Assembly (NCBI GenBank): GCA_964016885.1
Contig: OZ024757.1
Coordinates: 11,222,001 to 11,286,000 of the forward strand
Origin: Eledone cirrhosa
Taxonomy: Eukaryota
Length of the DNA: 64,000 bases
Direction of reading: 5' to 3'
The notes under the pieces are model-generated. The model was not told the DNA's origin and searched no databases. It saw only the letters and a program-made list of their open reading frames with translations. Of this stretch, positions 59,216 through 64,000 are shown in pieces (position 1 is the stretch's first letter; each line of letters begins with the position of its first letter). The position numbers and the translations under genes were made by a program.

Positions 59216-61928
59216 ATGTTGCCTAAAAAAAATTACAAAACTGGAGCAACAAAGAGGAAAGAAGCTAGACAAGCTGCCAGGGAAGAATCTGCAAAGAAAT
59301 GTCATCTAATCACAAGTTTTCTGAAAAGTCAACAGTCTTCGTCAACAAGTAGTGACGCATCCCAAACCAATGTAACTGCCGGAATTTCCGGCGAGTCGGT
59401 CTGGTCAGATGAACTGGAGAAACAGAAAAGCACTGGAGAGTCGCGAGAACCTGGCGTCGAAGATGCCTCAAGTCCATCGACTATCTCAACAATCGTCGTA
59501 GTCACTGAAGATAGAGTTCGAAATGGGGATCCAAACTCAATAGAGGAAAAAATGGCTGTATCGGAATCTGAAAATGAAAATGATTCAGAGGAAACTACAT
59601 CGGCAAAACAAATCCCAGAGCATGAGCCAGTAGAGTGCATGTTGAATTTACAAGAGAAGTATCCAAGCGACCCGAAACATTTCGAAGACAGACCATTGAC
59701 GACACCTCTAATTCATGCCCTCATGGCCGTTGGTCCTTGTCAGCCAGGATTGAAAGATAATTTTGCTGATTTCCCTCTCGACTCGAACCACAGAAAATTC
59801 AACATCAGTTGGTACAAGAGAAAGTGTGCTGGAATCCATGAAGTTGACCGACACTGGTTAGTATACTCTCCTGAATCCAACAGACTATATTGCTTTTGTT
59901 GTTGGCTGTTTGCTGATAAAAATGCCGAATCTTATTCGAAGACTTGGGGTAATCCAGAGTGTGGGATGGCAAACTTCAAAAAGGGAATCGAAAAAATTGC
60001 CAATCATGAGAAAAGTACCATTCACATCAATGCACAAAAGCAATACTTCATGACAAAATATCGTTTGGACGCAGATAAAACGGTGATCGATAACCTCATC
60101 CATGGAGAGAAGAAGCGAATTGAACGAAATCACCAGATATTGGGGCGATTGCTTGATTGTACGTTATTTCTCGCAAAACAAGGCTTGGCCTTCAGAGGTC
60201 ACAGGGAATATGCTGGACTTGGCGCCAAATCAGAAAATGAAGGAAACTTTATTGAATTGTTGAAATTGATAGCCAAGTATGATACGATCTTGGAAAGCCA
60301 TTTCTTCTCGCCTGGGCGCACTAAAAGACAGCCTATGTACTTAAGTCCAAAATTACAAAACGAATTCATAGAATGCCTGGCGAACGAATGTACTCAACAA
60401 ATAATCACGGAAGTGAAAGAGGCAAAATACTATTCAGTCATTGTCGATTCCACAATAGACATTTCGCATCAGGATCAATGCTCTGTGTCACTGAGATATG
60501 TATCGAAAAGTGGCCACGTACAGGAGCGTTTCCTGTCATTTTGTGAACTAAAAACAGCAGCCGCTGAATCATTTTTCGATACGCTTGTGAAAGTTCTTTT
60601 CCAGGATCTTTCCTTGGATGCTCAATATATTAGAGTACAAGCTTACGACGGAGCGTCGAATATGTCCGGCCATATTTCTGGGCTTCAGGCTAGAGTTAAA
60701 GAGGGATGCTCTTCGAAAGCTGTTTACGTCCATTGTTGTGCTCATAACCTGAACCTGGTGTTAATCGATGCTAGCCAATCGTCAATGGATGGTAAATTAT
60801 TTTTTGGTACATTGGAGAGCCTGTATGTTTTCTTAACATCAAGCTTGCCAAGGCTGAAAATCCTCGAAGAAGAACAAGAAAAACTATTGACTTCAACGGT
60901 ATTAACATTAAAAAGACTCTCAGATACCCGCTGGTTTAGTCACATTCAGGCTGTAGAGGCTACCATTAACAACTTACCGGCAGTAATGAGTGCACTAGAG
61001 AGGATAGTAAGTGGGGATGTTCGCAACACTTCTCCGAGAGTATTAGCTGAGGCCAGAGGTTTGCTACTAAATGTGAGCAAGTTTGAATTCATTTTCATGT
61101 TGAAGTTTTTTCAGAATTTACTTAAAAAGCTGCATTCTGTTTCACAATATTTGCAGAAAGAGGCTATCGACTTATATTCCGCGGACGTCATGATTAAAAA
61201 TGTAGTAAAAGAAATTGAAGAAATCCGCTCAAATGAATATTTTGACCGAACATTATCAGACACTAAAAATCTCGCCGAGCAATGTCAAGTTGAACCAGAG
61301 TTTACAACAGAAAAACGGAAAAGAAAAAAGAAGCGTTTTCATGACCAGTGACGAACCTCATGAGACGATGAGTCAGCATTTTAAACGGGACGTTTATTTC
61401 ACTATCCTAGATAGAATCATTAGTAGCTTTAACGAACGTTTTGCCGACTTGCACGGTCTAGTGAAGGATTTTTCGTGCTTGATACCGGCGCACTTCGACA
61501 ACGACGACACATGCAATAAAGAGAGAATCGATAATCTTGCGAAATTCTACGAGGGTGACATCGAAAATGACGCTATCTTCGATGAGTATTTATCATTCAA
61601 AGATTTTTACAAGGAAGTGTGTTTAGATAAATCCATATCGAGTTCTGAGATCGTTCCGTTTATGATTTCTAATGACTTAGATAGAGCCTATCCGAACGTG
61701 TTTGCCTTATACAAAATGTTCATAACTATTCCGGTTAGCTCGGCGCAGGCTGAGCGAACCTTCAGCAGGCTCAAACTGATAAAGAATTATTTGCGTAGTA
61801 CCATGAGTGAAGAGCGGTTGAATACTCTGGCAATGATGTACATAGAGCGAGAACTGGCTGAAAAAATTGACTTCAGCATCGTGATTGAAAAATGTTCTAA
61901 AGTAAAACATCGCAAATTAGAACTGTAG
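59216..61928 (+). CDS. hAT transposase with TTF-type zinc finger; single frameshift near 61345
   Basis: WLVYS..YCFCC..HE, LAFRGH, VIVDSTID, YDGASNMSG, HCCAHNLNL, TRW, SSAQAERTFSRLKLIKNYLRSTMSEERLN. Confidence 0.88.
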
Positions 61929-62604
61929 AACAAGTGATATGCTCGAATGTGAAAGTAAAGTTTTAGATGGACGATTTGTTGCACATACGAATTTTTGTTT
62001 GTGAATAATCGATTGCAAGACTAGTTTTACTGGATATTGTTTGTTTTTTTTCTGAAGATAGACCACCGTCTTTGCAGTTAATAAAGTTTTCACGGAACAT
62101 GCTAACTCTGTAATCTATGATGTATTCTACTCTATTATAAATTATCTATTCTAGACGCCCGTATGAACATATTTTCTTGCAGCTGATGGAAATGAGCGTA
62201 TGGAATTGGTGGGCCCCCTTTAGATCGGATTCCCCCCCCCCCCCTGGCTTTAAAAGCTAGTTACGCCACTGCTTCCAGCCCGATAAGTTGAGCACTCTAC
62301 AGTTTCAGGAAATTAACTAACATACACCATGGACGTTTATGAATTGGATTATTCTATCAAAAATATACTTACTCCTTCCAACAAAATATACCTACTCCTC
62401 TACAAAATTCCTTTTTGCCCGTTTTTTGCAGCCTCACTTTCATATTTCCTAAATTTTGTTTTCAAATCCATATTTAATAAAAACACCATGTTATTTATTC
62501 CGACGACTGAAGACAGACACATCTGCCTTCAAAAAACCACTGGTAAATGAAATAATTATCTTATGTTGTTTATTACATAACTAATATATATATATATATA
62601 TAAG

Positions 62605-63100
62605 TTAATAAAAACAATGAAATAAAAAAAAGAACAATTCCTTATATTAAAAAATTCATCATTTTACGATCGTTTCTGGGATATATGTGTGTGGTATGTA
62701 TATCATGTTAAAGATCTATGTAAAAATTTTACAAATTATCAGAGAAAATATACCTTTACATACATGCTATCTTCAGAAATGGTGAAGTATGTTTATTGAA
62801 AAAAACACCTATCAACTTGACCTCTAACTCTTTTCCGTTGGTCAATTCAAAACCTGTTCCTAAACAGACTTTTTATATTAATTCTTTGTTTTTTTCAATA
62901 AACACATCTCATCATTTCTGAAGACGGCATGTATATGTGAAAGTATGTATATCTTCTCTGATAATTTGTAATATTTTAAAATAGATCTTTAACATGATAT
63001 ATATACCACACACATATATATCCCAGAAACGATTGTAAAATGAGGAATTTTTTAATATAAGGAACTTGTTCTTTGTTTTTATTTCATTGTTTTTATTCAT
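62605..63100. repeat. Diverged inverted repeat carrying two long-stem-II HHR motifs (62660-62781 minus; 62912-63043 plus)
   Basis: TCATTT-CTGAAGA..GAAAC-GATT-GTA-AAATGA on plus; tcattttacgatcgtttc..tcttcagaaatg on minus; homologous to 26285-26471. Confidence 0.75.
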
Positions 63101-63239
63101 TTATTTTGACTCTGTTTTCCTATGACATTTATCGTAAATTTTTGAATGCATCTTCTCTTTTCACGATATCTTCTATATTTGGATTACATTGAGTTCTTCA
63201 TACGGATTGGACACTACCGTATAGTTTGGTAGATTTATC

Positions 63240-63276
<37 letters not shown>

Positions 63277-63282
<6 letters not shown>

Positions 63283-63505
63283 GTGAGGTTTTTTTTACAA
63301 AATGAAAAATAACCGGTGTCCTACACGAGTGAAAGTATAAAGAAAAAGAGATGAAATCGAAAATGCAACTGGAGTCTTATTTAAAAAAAAAATATATTTA
63401 TTTATTTGGTTCCTTTACCGGTTTCGCAGTTCTTCTGCTTTTCAAAAGGTGAGTTGAGATGGAGGGTCTGTGGTTTTCTCAGACCCTCCATCTCAACTCA
63501 CCTTT
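63277..63505 (-). mobile_element. Solo copy of macrosatellite module C with intact U3-A8 HHR (63412-63449) and a terminal hairpin
   Basis: Matches 1365-1545; minus strand CCTT-TTGAAAA-GCAG aagaa CTGC-GAAAC-CG-GTA-AAGG; hairpin aaggtgagttgagatggagggtctg / cagaccctccatctcaactcacctt. Confidence 0.8.
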
Positions 63506-63745
63506 GAAGAGGTCACAGAGTGTGTGACGAAAGAACTATGACAATATATAAACAACTATCTGGTTTTGGAACCAACCAACCAACCAGAAATTTATAAATT
63601 TATTATAAATTTATTATAATAAATTGAAGTGAAAGCAACTGGTGCGTGTGTTTCTTATTGGCAACATGACCCTCCCAAAGTATAACAATATCGGTTTCAA
63701 AACACGATTTCAGATAAAGAATCTTGCTAAACAAATTCAGAAACG

Positions 63746-63796
<51 letters not shown>

Positions 63797-64000
63797 CACA
63801 TATATGTCCTTCTTCCTCTTATGTCGTCTATGGCTGATATCTCTAGCATGTTTATATATATGTCCTTCATTTTCTCTTGAGCTCCCATTCTCCTCCAAAA
63901 GTGTGTGTCTGAGTGTGTAAAATGCAAACCCTGAAAATATTTGTAATGATATAAAAACGAAGGACATGCTAGAAAGAGCAGCTAAATCACATAAAATATT

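Larger units (their letters stand above)
57794..62271 (+). mobile_element. hAT transposon (ZMYM1-like transposase group)
   Basis: Right end GCTAGTTACGCCACTG; left end CAGCGTAACTAGC (3 nt short); G/C-run and GGGCCCCC subterminal motifs; no clear 8 bp TSD. Confidence 0.8.

Overview
AT-rich eukaryotic DNA, most likely an octopus/cephalopod (inferred from dense (TA)n/(CA)n microsatellites, Meta-domain and CORE-like tRNA SINEs, CEICGKSF-type C2H2 zinc-finger units and Penelope-like retroelements). Most ORFs in the track are microsatellite artefacts. Real content: a ~4.77 kb macrosatellite array (1-16100); a tandem array of ~24 tiny TIR units (16104-18841); two Penelope-like elements with GIY-YIG endonuclease, one as a 1.55 kb-arm inverted duplication; a near-intact hAT transposase; Tigger, Merlin, piggyBac and Helitron-like remnants; LINE fragments; and duplicated C2H2-ZNF units. 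The main hidden signal, read by eye, is more than 25 type I hammerhead-ribozyme (HHR) motifs of about nine sequence types. They include U3-A8 compensatory cores and versions with a ~100 nt stem II. They sit in Penelope 3' ends and in short non-coding foldback/tandem (retrozyme-like) units within (TA)n, and such units make up most of the unique sequence of the macrosatellite. HHR folds were assigned manually and self-cleavage is untested.
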